Source: an uncultured Candidatus Binatia bacterium
GTDB lineage: Bacteria > Desulfobacterota > Binatia > UBA9968 > JAJDTQ01
Reading direction: 5' to 3'
NCBI GenBank assembly: GCA_965242525.1
Contig: OZ251459.1
Coordinates: 2,560,001 to 2,624,000 of the forward strand
DNA length: 64,000 nt
Shown piece after piece: positions 11,432 through 21,278 of the stretch; within the stretch, counting starts at the first letter, position 1; every line of letters starts with the position of its first letter. Below the pieces are notes generated by a model. The model was not told the DNA's origin. It searched no databases and saw nothing but the letters and a program-made list of their open reading frames with translations. The position numbers and the translations under genes were made by a program.

Positions 11432-11863
11432 ATGGCGCGTCTGAGACACATCGCAATCGCAACCAGGGACCCGGAGAAGACCGCGGCCTTCTACCAGAAG
11501 GTCTTCGGTCTCAAGTTCGTCAAGCGGGTGCCCGCGTCGCCCCGCGGGAGCGGCGTGTTCCTCTCGGACGGACACGTCAACTTCGCCTTCCTGGACTATC
11601 CTTCCGACGAGGCCGCGGACATGGCGGGCGGGGCCGCGTACGAAGGGCTCCACCACATGGGTTTCCACGTGGACAGCCTCGAAGAGGCCAACGCCCGGTT
11701 GGGCGAGACCGAGGCGGAGGTGCTGGGCGACGAGGTGGGACCGCACGACAGCTTCTACTTCGAGCAGAAGGTGCGGGGACCCAACGGGGTCATCATGGAC
11801 ATCTCCACCAGGGGATGGGACATGGAGCCGCCGGGACCCGATCCTGCGGCCAAGAAGGGTTGA
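11432..11863 (+). CDS. VOC/glyoxalase family protein
   Basis: LRHIAIAT...FY.KVFGL...GLHHMGFHVD...GPNGVIMDIS. Confidence 0.88.
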   Translation: MARLRHIAIATRDPEKTAAFYQKVFGLKFVKRVPASPRGSGVFLSDGHVNFAFLDYPSDEAADMAGGAAYEGLHHMGFHVDSLEEANARLGETEAEVLGDEVGPHDSFYFEQKVRGPNGVIMDISTRGWDMEPPGPDPAAKKG

Positions 11864-11929
11864 TCTTGTTCTGTCCCTTGCACATGGAGTGCAGCTTCGG
11901 ATCGTCCTCGTACCTGAAGGCGAGGACCG

Positions 11930-12598
11930 TCATGCCCAGATATCGTCCCTGGACTCCCAACGTTCCCTTACTGTGTGGAACCGGTCGATCCTCCCCTGGA
12001 TCTTGAGGACCTCCCTTGGATAGAACTCGATCATCGTCTTGCACAACTGCAACATCCATTTCTTCCGTGAATACCCGTCGATCACGCGAATATCGTTGGA
12101 ATTCGCGATCTGGATCTGGCCCCAGCCGAGTGCGCCGATGGTAAGGCAATCCCAGTCCAGGAATTCGATCGGAAAGAACAGAACTTCCGAGGCAGAGGCC
12201 CTTGTGCCTTCCATCGAGTACCTGATAATGAGCAACGAGAAGACATTGGCGTCGGATTCATAGAATCGCGCCAGCCGTTCTACCGATGTGAGATTGGGCA
12301 TATTGAATCGGGTGTCTTCCCTGTGCGTCTTGACGTCTACGATGGAGTAGATGCCCTGCCTGTCGGTGAACGCCAAATCCACCATGGCGCGGCGAGCGAA
12401 GTCCTTCGAGTACTCGCTGCACCAGTCTCCAAGAAGTTCATCGAACCGCTCTGCTACGAGTAATTCCAGCGCGTCGCCAACCGCTCTTGGGCTTCCTGCC
12501 GTTTGCGGTGAAAGGAAACCCTGTGACGAATTGATGTACTCCTTGACGGTCGAGGCCACCTTTCGATGGTGACCCTCGTAGTAGAAGCCTGACCTCAT
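11930..12598 (-). CDS. Putative type II restriction endonuclease, PD-(D/E)xK
   Basis: MVDLAF...IVDVKT catalytic-like motif; PNLTS and ALGWGQIQI recall HpaI/HincII-like enzymes (from memory). ATGA overlap with the methyltransferase. Confidence 0.65.
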   Translation of the reverse strand: MRSGFYYEGHHRKVASTVKEYINSSQGFLSPQTAGSPRAVGDALELLVAERFDELLGDWCSEYSKDFARRAMVDLAFTDRQGIYSIVDVKTHREDTRFNMPNLTSVERLARFYESDANVFSLLIIRYSMEGTRASASEVLFFPIEFLDWDCLTIGALGWGQIQIANSNDIRVIDGYSRKKWMLQLCKTMIEFYPREVLKIQGRIDRFHTVRERWESRDDIWA

Positions 12599-13569
12599 GA
12601 AAACAGATCGCCTTGCCGGGTGGCCGAATGGGTCCTGTCGGGTTGGGCAGTGGGGGTATTCCTTTCCCGGAACGTACCGCCGGCATATCCCTGGATGGCC
12701 GGGTTTTTCCTGGCGGCAGCGATGCGTTTCAGCGTCCAGCACAGGTACTCGTCGTTGATGTCCACTCCACACCAACGTCTTGACAACTTTTCCGCCACGA
12801 CCGCGGTGGTTCCACTCCCAAGAAAAGGATCGAACACGAAACCCCCCTTCTTCGAGCTCGCCAGTATCAATTTCGCCATCAGCTTCTCGGGTTTCTGTGT
12901 GGGATGGTCCGTATTTTCCGGCATCGACCAGAAGGGAATCGTCAGGTCGGTCCAGATGTTCGACGGATGGGTCAGGCGATAATCGCCGTCCTCTTCCCGT
13001 CGCCAATCCTTCGGTTCTCCTTCGAACGTGTAAGGAGCGAGGACCTTGCGTTTCACTTTCACCGCCTCAACGTCAAAATAATAGCGGTTCGACTTCGTGC
13101 AGAACCAGATGTCCTCCGTGTTGTTCTTCCAGTTCATCCTTGCTCCACGCCCTTTCTCCCGCTCCCAGGTAATGCGGTTCCGCACATGGAACCTCGACTC
13201 CAGGACCGGGAATATCAACGTGGATGTCTTCCAGTCCGAGCACACGTAGATCGTGGCGTCAGGCTTCATGGTCGGCGCCAGCAAATCGACGAGATCCTGG
13301 AACCAGGAACGATACCCGGTTCCGTCTTTCGTTCGGAAGCGGGTTCCGTTGAAGTTCTTCGACAGGTTGTATGGCGGGTCCAGGATCAGAAGATCGACGA
13401 ATTCCGGGGGAAGGAATTTCGAGACGTCGAAGATGTCCCCTGCGACCAGCCGGCCTTCGATATCCTGGGGGATGACCGCCGTTCCGACTCGCATGACGTC
13501 CCGAGACAGTCGGGCGGTCTCCTCATCCGTACATGAAAGCGTCCGGTTCCTGGGAGCGCGTTTCCGCAT
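12595..13569 (-). CDS. Beta-class amino (m6A/m4C) DNA methyltransferase
   Basis: LILDPPY precedes HPTQKPEKL and VFDPFLGSGTT. Confidence 0.92.
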   Translation of the reverse strand: MRKRAPRNRTLSCTDEETARLSRDVMRVGTAVIPQDIEGRLVAGDIFDVSKFLPPEFVDLLILDPPYNLSKNFNGTRFRTKDGTGYRSWFQDLVDLLAPTMKPDATIYVCSDWKTSTLIFPVLESRFHVRNRITWEREKGRGARMNWKNNTEDIWFCTKSNRYYFDVEAVKVKRKVLAPYTFEGEPKDWRREEDGDYRLTHPSNIWTDLTIPFWSMPENTDHPTQKPEKLMAKLILASSKKGGFVFDPFLGSGTTAVVAEKLSRRWCGVDINDEYLCWTLKRIAAARKNPAIQGYAGGTFRERNTPTAQPDRTHSATRQGDLFS

Positions 13570-13623
13570 GTGAACCGCCTCGTCGGGACGCTGCTCGATC
13601 GGACGAAAGGGAGCAGCAGAAAG

Positions 13624-13669
13624 GCAAGGGGGGCCTGCCGCCGCTGCCGCGGAAGCACGCCCCCCTTGC
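13624..13669 (-). terminator. Possible terminator hairpin after the SBP gene
   Basis: Perfect 11-bp inverted repeat GCAAGGGGGGC / GCCCCCCTTGC with a 24-nt loop and only a short U run. Confidence 0.35.
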
Positions 13670-13694
13670 TACGTGTGAGCCAAGACGCCCTCTA

Positions 13695-15224
13695 CTACTT
13701 GACGCTGATGTCCATGCCGTAGATGCGGGCGTCGGCCGGGGGTTGATAGTCGATGTTGCTGGCCATGCCCCACAGCAACTGGTGCCGCCACATGAAGCAG
13801 GCGGGGGCCATGTCCGTAATGAGCTCCATGGCCGTGGTGAGGTGCCGGTTCCGTTCTTCGGGGTCGAAGCTCTGCTGCTCCGCGTCCAGGGCCGCGTCCA
13901 GGGTCGGGTCGGAGAAGCCGATGCGCGGGGAGCCGCCCTTACGGAAGTACTGGTGGAACGCCGAGCTCGGGTCGAGCACGCCGCCCCGGCCCATGTAGAA
14001 GAACGGCACCCTGCCCTTCTGCACGTTGGCCCAGAGCGTGGGCCACTCCGGCGTCAGCAGCTTGGCCTTGAAGCCCGCGGCGTTGAGCATGGGGATCATG
14101 GCCTCGGTCACCTGCTTGTCCAGAGTGTAGCGGTTGACCGGGGTTTGCAGCTCCACCGACACCCCGTCGGGGTAGCCGGCCTTGGCCAGCAGCTCCCGCG
14201 ACTTCTTGGGGTCATAGGTGTAGCGGGTCTTCAGGTCCGGGTTGTACCCCAACTGCCCCGGACCCAGGGGGCCGTCGAGACGGTTGGCCTGGCCCTGGAG
14301 CAGGGTCTTGATGATCTTGTCCCGGTCGATGGCATGGCACACCGCCTGGCGGGCTTCCTTCTTGTCGAAGGGCGGCTTGGGCTGCATGGCCAGGAACATG
14401 ATCTCGATGGAGTCGGTGGGGACGATCTTGTGGTTCGGGGAGCCGTCCACCGTCTTGTACAGGTGCGGCGGGATGAACTGGGCGATCTGCACCTCGTTGT
14501 TCATGAGGGCCGCGACGCGCTGCTCGGGCTCGCGCATGACCCGGAACACGATCTCGTCGGGCGCGTTGGGGTTCAGCTTGGCGGCCGGGTGGTCGGGCCG
14601 TTTCTCGATGACCATCCGCTGTCCCGGCACCAGCTCGGCCAGGGCGTAGGGTCCGCCGCCCATCATGCGGTTCTTGTCGGCTTCCTTGGCCCCGTGCTTG
14701 TCATAGGTGGCCTTGCTGGTGATGATGAGGCCGTCGCAGAGGAAGTCCAGCAGCGGCGCGGTGGGTTTCTTGGTGGTGATCCGCACCGTGAACTCGTCCA
14801 CCGCGGTGGCCTCCTTGACGGGCCGGGCCACCGATGCCTTCTGCTTGCTCTGGGGGTCGTTGAGTACGCGCCAGAGCGAGTGCACCACGTCTTCCGCGGT
14901 CACCGGGCTGCCGTCGTTGAACTTGTACTCCTGGTCCAGCACGAACACCCAGTTGTTGGGGTCTTCGACCTTCCAGCTCTTCGCCAGCCCCGGCTCCCAC
15001 CGGGCCTTCTTCCAGTTATACTTGCACAGGGGGCCGGTGATCTCGGTCCAGATGCCGTAGAGCAGCGCGACGCTGTCCCCGTACGGGTTGGCGGTCTCCA
15101 TGGTCTCGGTGACGCCGATGCTGACCCGGGTCTTCTCCTGCGCCAGCGACACCGTGGCCGTCAGGCCCAGGGCGAGGCCTGCGGCGACCAGTGTCAGGAT
15201 CGTGGTTCGTATGCGATTCGTCAT
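13695..15224 (-). CDS. ABC transporter substrate-binding protein, family 5 (peptide/nickel)
   Basis: Signal peptide; PGLAKSW, KFNDGSPVTAEDVVHS, GGGPY, RQAVCHAIDR, YDPKKSRELLAKAGY. Confidence 0.9.
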   Translation of the reverse strand: MTNRIRTTILTLVAAGLALGLTATVSLAQEKTRVSIGVTETMETANPYGDSVALLYGIWTEITGPLCKYNWKKARWEPGLAKSWKVEDPNNWVFVLDQEYKFNDGSPVTAEDVVHSLWRVLNDPQSKQKASVARPVKEATAVDEFTVRITTKKPTAPLLDFLCDGLIITSKATYDKHGAKEADKNRMMGGGPYALAELVPGQRMVIEKRPDHPAAKLNPNAPDEIVFRVMREPEQRVAALMNNEVQIAQFIPPHLYKTVDGSPNHKIVPTDSIEIMFLAMQPKPPFDKKEARQAVCHAIDRDKIIKTLLQGQANRLDGPLGPGQLGYNPDLKTRYTYDPKKSRELLAKAGYPDGVSVELQTPVNRYTLDKQVTEAMIPMLNAAGFKAKLLTPEWPTLWANVQKGRVPFFYMGRGGVLDPSSAFHQYFRKGGSPRIGFSDPTLDAALDAEQQSFDPEERNRHLTTAMELITDMAPACFMWRHQLLWGMASNIDYQPPADARIYGMDISVK

Positions 15225-15561
15225 TTCGTCTCCCTTCCGAATGGCGTTGCGGCGGCGCCTGCTGTGATGCCGGTAGATGATCCGCGCTTCTATCAACGCC
15301 GCGGGGCCTTGTCAACCGCGTTGCGGGGTCGGGGCGCGGCCGTGCGGGAGGGCTTCGGCTCCCGCCTTCGGCGCGTCCGCGGTCCTGGGACGGCCGCGGC
15401 GGCGCGGGTGAGGCGCAGGGCAGGACGAGGAACGGCGCAGGCCGGCGATGTTGACAGCCGAGGCTTTTATCCAATAGTCTGTCGTTTCGACCGGGCCGCG
15501 AACCGGGACCGCCCCGGGCCTTCCGGGCGCGGATAACCACAGGATCACAGGAGGAGTTCCA

Positions 15562-16668
15562 ATGAGCAAGATCGACGTCGTGGATGCGGACTCCCACGTC
15601 ATGGAAGTGCCGGAGACCTGGGATTACCTGGAGGACGAGTTCCGGCACAGAAGGCCGGTGGTGGTGCAGGGGGAGGGACTGGCCACCAACTCCCACATCG
15701 ACGCGTGGTGGCTCATCGACGGCCAGATCCATCCCCGGTTGTGGGGACCCGGCACCACCTTCAGCGGCACGCCGCTGGAGATGAAGTTCGCCCGGGACAA
15801 GATATTCAACGTCGGCAGCCAGAGCATGACCGACATCGACGCCCGCATCAAGGACCTGGACGCCTTCGGCATCGACATCCAGGTGGTCTTCTCCTCCATC
15901 CTGTTCCATCGCCTGACCGAGGACCCCAGGTTCGAGGCCGCGTTGATGCGGAGCTACAACACCTGGGTCTCCCAGCGTTGCAGCGAGCGGCCCGAGCGCC
16001 TGAAGTGGTCCGCGGTGATCCCCATGCGGGACCGCGAAGCCTGCGTGGCCGAGGTCCACCGGGCCCGGGAACTCGGCGCCGTGGGTCTGATGATCGGCGG
16101 CACCGCGGGCCAGACCCTGCTGCACCATCCGGACCTTTCGCCGTTCTTTGCCGCGGCCTGCGAAGTCGATCTGCCGGTGTGCGTGCACACGGGCTGGAGC
16201 GCGCCGGGCCTGACCCAGACCTGCGAGGACCCCTACTCGGCGTTGCTCCTGAGCTTCACACTGCCCGTGCTCATGGGGTTCTTCAGCGTCCTGGCCGGCG
16301 GCGTCCTCGACCGCTTCCCGAAGCTCCGGGTCGCCTTCCTGGAGGCGGGCTCCGAATGGATCCCCTACATGGTCGGACGGATGGACCACTACCATCCGGT
16401 GGTGGAGATGCTGGGGAACCGCTCCCGGAAGCTGCCCAGCGAGTACCTGAAGGAAGGCCGGGTTTACGTCACCTGCGAAGCGGAGGAGCCGCTCCTGCCC
16501 CACGTCATCGACCTTGTGGGGGAGGACCAGATCCTGATCGAGGGCGACATCCCCCATTCCGAGGCGCGTGAGACGGGCATCCAGGAGATCCGGGACCGCA
16601 CCGACCTCTCGGACGCGGTCAAGCAGAAGATCCTGCGCGAGAACGGCCTCGCGTTCTACAACCTGTGA
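15562..16668 (+). CDS. Amidohydrolase family 2 protein (decarboxylase/hydratase-like)
   Basis: VDADSH, LPVCVH, GGVLDRFPKLRVAFLEAG, GDIPH. Confidence 0.9.
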   Translation: MSKIDVVDADSHVMEVPETWDYLEDEFRHRRPVVVQGEGLATNSHIDAWWLIDGQIHPRLWGPGTTFSGTPLEMKFARDKIFNVGSQSMTDIDARIKDLDAFGIDIQVVFSSILFHRLTEDPRFEAALMRSYNTWVSQRCSERPERLKWSAVIPMRDREACVAEVHRARELGAVGLMIGGTAGQTLLHHPDLSPFFAAACEVDLPVCVHTGWSAPGLTQTCEDPYSALLLSFTLPVLMGFFSVLAGGVLDRFPKLRVAFLEAGSEWIPYMVGRMDHYHPVVEMLGNRSRKLPSEYLKEGRVYVTCEAEEPLLPHVIDLVGEDQILIEGDIPHSEARETGIQEIRDRTDLSDAVKQKILRENGLAFYNL

Positions 16669-16743
16669 CGCGCGCCAGAGGCCGCAGAACCGCTTCGGGT
16701 CGTCCGCCGGTATCTTCTCGATGACCCGGGACGGGACGCTGCC

Positions 16744-17724
16744 CTACGGTTTCAGGGCCTCCCGTATCGCGTCCGCCTCCCGGTCCACCAGGGTCATGAG
16801 ACCCTCGTAGGCGGCGCGCGCGACTGCCGCAGGGCCGGGGTTGACGGCCGTGCCGCTGTTCCTGGCCCAGTTCCGGTAGTCCGCGTCGTCCATGGCCTTG
16901 ACCACGATCTCTTCCAGCTTCGCGGCCCGGTCACGGGGAACGCCCGGAGGGATGGCCACGAGCCGCAGGATCTCGTTCACGAAGTCGATGCCGAGCTCCC
17001 GGGCGGTGGGCGTGTCCGGGCATGCCCACGAGCGCTTCACGCCCAGGTGGACGATGCAACGGATGTCGCCGTCCCGGGCCAGCGGCCCCACGGTGGAGTG
17101 CTCGCTGGGGTTGAGCCAGGTGATGAAGTCGCCGCGCATCAACGCGGGCACGCTGTCCCCGGTGCCTCGATAACCCGTTACCAGGTCGAACCGGAGCCCC
17201 AGGGTCCTCGCCGACAGGAAGCTGGGCAGCCACCGCCCGGTCCCGACCCCTTCGGAGCCCCAAGTGAGCCGGGAGAGTCCCTTGAGGTCGTCCAGGGTCT
17301 CGTGGGGCGACTTGCCGCTCACGAACAGGGTGTAGGGCTCGTTGCCCATCCGGGCGATGTACTCGAACTGGTTCAGGTCGTAGATGGTCTTCCCGGTCCC
17401 GGACAGGACCTGGGGAGTCACCAGCCCCAGCATGTCCAGCACCCCCACCGTGTGCCCGTCCGGCTTGGCCCGGTACAGGCTCACCGCCCCGCGCCTGCCG
17501 CCGGCGCCGGTGACGTTCTTGACGATGACCCGGATGCCCTCGGGCAGTTGCTTGTCGATGCTGCGGGCCAGGGCGCGGCTCATGGCGTCGTAGCCGCCGC
17601 CCGGCGGGAACTGCACGATCCACGTCAGGTCCCTGCTCGGAAAGTCGGCTCGGGCCGGCCCGGCCGCGGCGCCGAGAACCAGCAAGGCCAGGAACGTCGT
17701 TGTCGTCCGCAGGATGGTCTTCAT
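16744..17724 (-). CDS. Tripartite tricarboxylate transporter substrate-binding protein (Bug/TctC)
   Basis: Signal peptide; FP.R...FPPGGGYD, VKNVTGAGG, AKPDGHT, PDTPTARELG. Confidence 0.9.
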   Translation of the reverse strand: MKTILRTTTTFLALLVLGAAAGPARADFPSRDLTWIVQFPPGGGYDAMSRALARSIDKQLPEGIRVIVKNVTGAGGRRGAVSLYRAKPDGHTVGVLDMLGLVTPQVLSGTGKTIYDLNQFEYIARMGNEPYTLFVSGKSPHETLDDLKGLSRLTWGSEGVGTGRWLPSFLSARTLGLRFDLVTGYRGTGDSVPALMRGDFITWLNPSEHSTVGPLARDGDIRCIVHLGVKRSWACPDTPTARELGIDFVNEILRLVAIPPGVPRDRAAKLEEIVVKAMDDADYRNWARNSGTAVNPGPAAVARAAYEGLMTLVDREADAIREALKP

Positions 17725-17752
17725 GGGCTCCTCCGTTCTGCCGGTCCCGTCG

Positions 17753-18640
17753 TCAGGCCTCCGCCTCGACGCGCAACTCCATCACGCCGATCTTCTCGAT
17801 CTCTCCCCGGAGCCGGTCGCCGTCCCGAAGCGTGTGCACCCCGGCCGGCGTCCCGGTGGTGATGAGGTCGCCCGGCCGGAGGGTCGCCACGCTCGACAGG
17901 AACCGGATGTGGTCCCGGACTCCGCAGATCATGTCGCCGGTATGCGCGGTCATCACCTGCTCGCCGTTGTGCCACGCGGTGAGCGAGAGGTCCTGCGGCT
18001 CGGGGATCTCGTCCCTGGTGACGATCCAGGGTCCCAGGGGACTGAAGGTGTCGAAGCCCTTGCGGACGTTGCGGGTGTTGTGCTTGCCGCGCCCCCAGGG
18101 GTCCCGCTGGCTGATGTCCCAGCAGATGGTGTAGCCGAAGACGTGGTCCAGCGCCTGCTCCTCGGTCACCTTGCGGGTCACCTTGCCGATGACCACGCAG
18201 AGCTCGCACTCGAAGTCCACGTCGTGGGACACCTTGGGGATGACAACGGCGCCGCCGGGTCCGATGATGGACGAGACCGGCTTCAGGAAGTCCTGCGACA
18301 TGTGGTCGTCCTTGTCCGGCAACTCCTGGGCGCCGCTCCCCATCCGGGTCTCCATCTCCTTGCGGTGATCCATGTAGTTGGCGGCCGCGGCCCAGAGGGA
18401 CGTGGGGTTGTCGATGGGCGCTCGAAGCGTCACCCGGTCCAGTGGCGTGGCGTCCCCGGACCGGATGCACTCCTCGGCGCAGGGCCGGGCCGCGGGGTTT
18501 CCCGCCAGCGCCTCGATGACCTGGACCATGGTGTAATCGGCCTTGAGCAGGCCCGCGGCGACCATCGCCGCTCCGATGGGATAGACTTGGTCGTCCACCA
18601 CCGCCCCGGCCTGCTTCGCGTCGTAAGTGCAAACCTTCAT
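17753..18640 (-). CDS. Fumarylacetoacetate hydrolase family protein
   Basis: ANYMDH, FLKPVSS, DFECEL, KGFDTFSPLGP, PGDLITTGTPAG. Confidence 0.92.
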   Translation of the reverse strand: MKVCTYDAKQAGAVVDDQVYPIGAAMVAAGLLKADYTMVQVIEALAGNPAARPCAEECIRSGDATPLDRVTLRAPIDNPTSLWAAAANYMDHRKEMETRMGSGAQELPDKDDHMSQDFLKPVSSIIGPGGAVVIPKVSHDVDFECELCVVIGKVTRKVTEEQALDHVFGYTICWDISQRDPWGRGKHNTRNVRKGFDTFSPLGPWIVTRDEIPEPQDLSLTAWHNGEQVMTAHTGDMICGVRDHIRFLSSVATLRPGDLITTGTPAGVHTLRDGDRLRGEIEKIGVMELRVEAEA

Positions 18641-18823
18641 GCTTCGCCTCCCTCCGCCTTGGCGTCCCCGAGCCTCGGGACGCTCCATGGTGCCTTATAC
18701 CACAACGGACCCGGACTGGCATCTTCCTTGCCCGAATCTTCCTGCTTGACAGCGGCGCGGAAATGTCGGATTTCCTGGTAAGCCGCGGCGAGCCGCGGCA
18801 GCCGACCCCGCGGAGGTGGAGCC

Positions 18824-19639
18824 ATGCCAACGCGCATCCGACACGTGGCCCTCTACACGGAGAACTGGGACCGGATGGCCCGTTTCTACCGGACGGTCTT
18901 CGGGATGAAGAAGATCACCACCGGGATGACCGACGAGAAGGGGAACTACAACCCGAACCGGGGCCACGTCAGCGATGGGGTCGTCGGCTTCGCCATGCTG
19001 CAGAAGCATCCGGGGAACCAGTCCGGGCTGGACCACTTCGGTTTCGAGGTGGAGGAAATACCGGTGGTGCTGGAGCGGATGCGCCGCGGCTACCCGGACC
19101 TGCTGGTGGCCAGGAGCCTGCCCCACGTGCCGTTCTCGGTTTCCCGCGGCACCGATCCCTGCGGCGCGCAGTTCGACGTCTCCCGGAAGGGCGCCGCCAA
19201 GGTCCGGGAGGGGTACCTGGAGGAGGGCTGGATCCAGCCGCGCCGGCTAGGCCACGTCTCCATCCGCTCCAGGACCCCGGAACGGGTGGCCGAGTTCTAC
19301 CACCGCGTGTTCGACCTCGACGTGGGCGAAGCGCCGGCGCCGGACGGCAGCTTCCGGGTCACCGACGGCACGGTGGACCTGCTGGTGCGCCCCTGCGACA
19401 ACGCGCTGTACCGCGGCATGCGCGAAGGGCTCGACCACATCGGCTTCCTGGTCGAGGACCTGGAGCGGACCCGGAAGGACATCGAGGCCCTGGGCGAAGC
19501 CGCTCCGGAAGCCGCCCCCGCCAACCTGGACGCGGGCCGTTTCGGCCCCATGACCCGGGCCGACCTGGAAGGCTGCATCATCGGCCAGTACGCCATGGCC
19601 GACCCCGACGGCATCCTGCTCGACCTCTCCGAGCCGTGA
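18824..19639 (+). CDS. Two-domain VOC family protein
   Basis: IRHVAL...GLDHFGFEV and LGHVSI...GLDHIGFLV...DPDGILLDLS. Confidence 0.85.
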   Translation: MPTRIRHVALYTENWDRMARFYRTVFGMKKITTGMTDEKGNYNPNRGHVSDGVVGFAMLQKHPGNQSGLDHFGFEVEEIPVVLERMRRGYPDLLVARSLPHVPFSVSRGTDPCGAQFDVSRKGAAKVREGYLEEGWIQPRRLGHVSIRSRTPERVAEFYHRVFDLDVGEAPAPDGSFRVTDGTVDLLVRPCDNALYRGMREGLDHIGFLVEDLERTRKDIEALGEAAPEAAPANLDAGRFGPMTRADLEGCIIGQYAMADPDGILLDLSEP

Positions 19640-19697
19640 GCAAGGAGGCCGCGTCGCGGCGGCAGAGGCCCCTTCCTCCGGGGCGCCGCCCCGGTGA

Positions 19698-21209
19698 CTA
19701 GTCTTCGCTCTTCAGGAACTCCGCCAGCCGCTCGCCGATCACATATACGGTGGCGTTGGTGTTGGCGTGCACCACCGTGGGCATGACGGAGGCGTCCGCC
19801 ACCCACAGGTTGTCCAGTCCATGGACCCGCAGTCGTTGGTCCACCACCGCGGCGGGGTCTTCCGACGGCCCCATCTTGCAGGTGCCGGAACCGTGGAGAC
19901 CGCTGCTGTGGGTGGAGCGGGCGAAGGTTGCCCAGTCCTCGTCCGGACCCGGGGCCGCCAACGAGCCGTAGAATTCCTTCATGGGCGAGGTCCGGGCCAG
20001 CTCCCGGACGAACCCCATGGCCGACACCATCTTTTCCCGGTCAAGGGGGTCTTCCAGCAGCGCCGGTTCCACCACGGGGTCGTCTTTGGGGTCGGAGCTC
20101 TCGAGGCGGATCCGTCCCCGGGCCGTCTGCTCCAGCAGATTGATGCTCAGGGACAGCAGGGAGTCCATGTCCGGGAACTTCATGGGAGGGCGCAGGAGCA
20201 CGTAGAAGTCGGCGTGGTCGAGGCTCGGCGAGGTTCGCGCCATGAGGCGGACCTGCAGCCCGGTCCAGGGCGCGCCGAATTCCCCGAGGGCCTTGAACGT
20301 CATGTGGACCATCGCGTGGTCCTGGAAGTTCTCACCGACGCCCTCCAGCGGGTGGGTTACCTCGACGCCGAGTCGTTCGAGGGCCGCGGGCGGGCCGATA
20401 CCCGACAACAGCAGGACTTGCGGGCTGCGATAGACTCCCGCGGCCAGCACCACGTGTTGGGCGGCGGCGGTGTGGACCACGCCGTCCCTTTCGTAGCGCA
20501 CGCCGTCCACCCGAGTGCCGGAGACCGTCAAGGCGAGCACCGAAGCCTCCGCCCGGACGGTGAGGTTCGGACGCCCGCAGGCGGGGGCGAGATGGCTCAC
20601 CACCGCAGACTGGCGCCTGCCGTCCCTGACGTTGCGCACGCTCGGGCCGACGCCCGAGGGATCGGCGATGTTCGTGTCCGGGAGGCTTGGCAGCCCCATC
20701 TCCATGGCGCCGTCGATACAGGCCCGGGTCACCGGAGACAGGTCCGACGCCAGGAGGAAGGGTCGCTTGACGTACACGGGTCCGGCGTTGCCGTGGTTCG
20801 GGTCGTCGGGGAAGTCCTGATCCGTTTCGATGCGCTTCAACACCGCGTGGACCGCCTCCCAGGACCAGTCCGGGTTCCCTTCCGCAACCCACGTTTCCAT
20901 GTCGTGCCGCGTGGGCCAGACGTAGCCCATGGCGTTGACCGACGAGCCGCCGCCCATGATCCTTCCGACTGTGAGGGGGAACGAGCTGCCGTCGATGGGT
21001 CGCCGGGTCGTCAACATCTCCACGAAGGGAGTCTCCGACCACACCCGGTACCAACTGGCGGCGTCCCGGATCACGTCCGGAATCGGCTGGGGATGGGGCG
21101 CGGCTTCCAGCAAAAGCACCCTCCGGCGCGGGTCCTCGCTGAGTCGGCCCGCGGCGACGCAGCCCCCGGAGCCGCCGCCGATGACGACGACGTCATAGTG
21201 TTCCGACAT
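19698..21209 (-). CDS. GMC family oxidoreductase
   Basis: GGGSGG, GRIMGGGSSVN, SPQVLLLSGIG, VGENFQDH, GTCKMG, ADASVMP. Confidence 0.93.
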   Translation of the reverse strand: MSEHYDVVVIGGGSGGCVAAGRLSEDPRRRVLLLEAAPHPQPIPDVIRDAASWYRVWSETPFVEMLTTRRPIDGSSFPLTVGRIMGGGSSVNAMGYVWPTRHDMETWVAEGNPDWSWEAVHAVLKRIETDQDFPDDPNHGNAGPVYVKRPFLLASDLSPVTRACIDGAMEMGLPSLPDTNIADPSGVGPSVRNVRDGRRQSAVVSHLAPACGRPNLTVRAEASVLALTVSGTRVDGVRYERDGVVHTAAAQHVVLAAGVYRSPQVLLLSGIGPPAALERLGVEVTHPLEGVGENFQDHAMVHMTFKALGEFGAPWTGLQVRLMARTSPSLDHADFYVLLRPPMKFPDMDSLLSLSINLLEQTARGRIRLESSDPKDDPVVEPALLEDPLDREKMVSAMGFVRELARTSPMKEFYGSLAAPGPDEDWATFARSTHSSGLHGSGTCKMGPSEDPAAVVDQRLRVHGLDNLWVADASVMPTVVHANTNATVYVIGERLAEFLKSED

Positions 21210-21278
21210 GTTCGTCCTCCTCCGAGCCGGCGTCGAACCTTCGGTTTTCCCTGGAGCGAGGGCCGCGGCCCCACTTCG

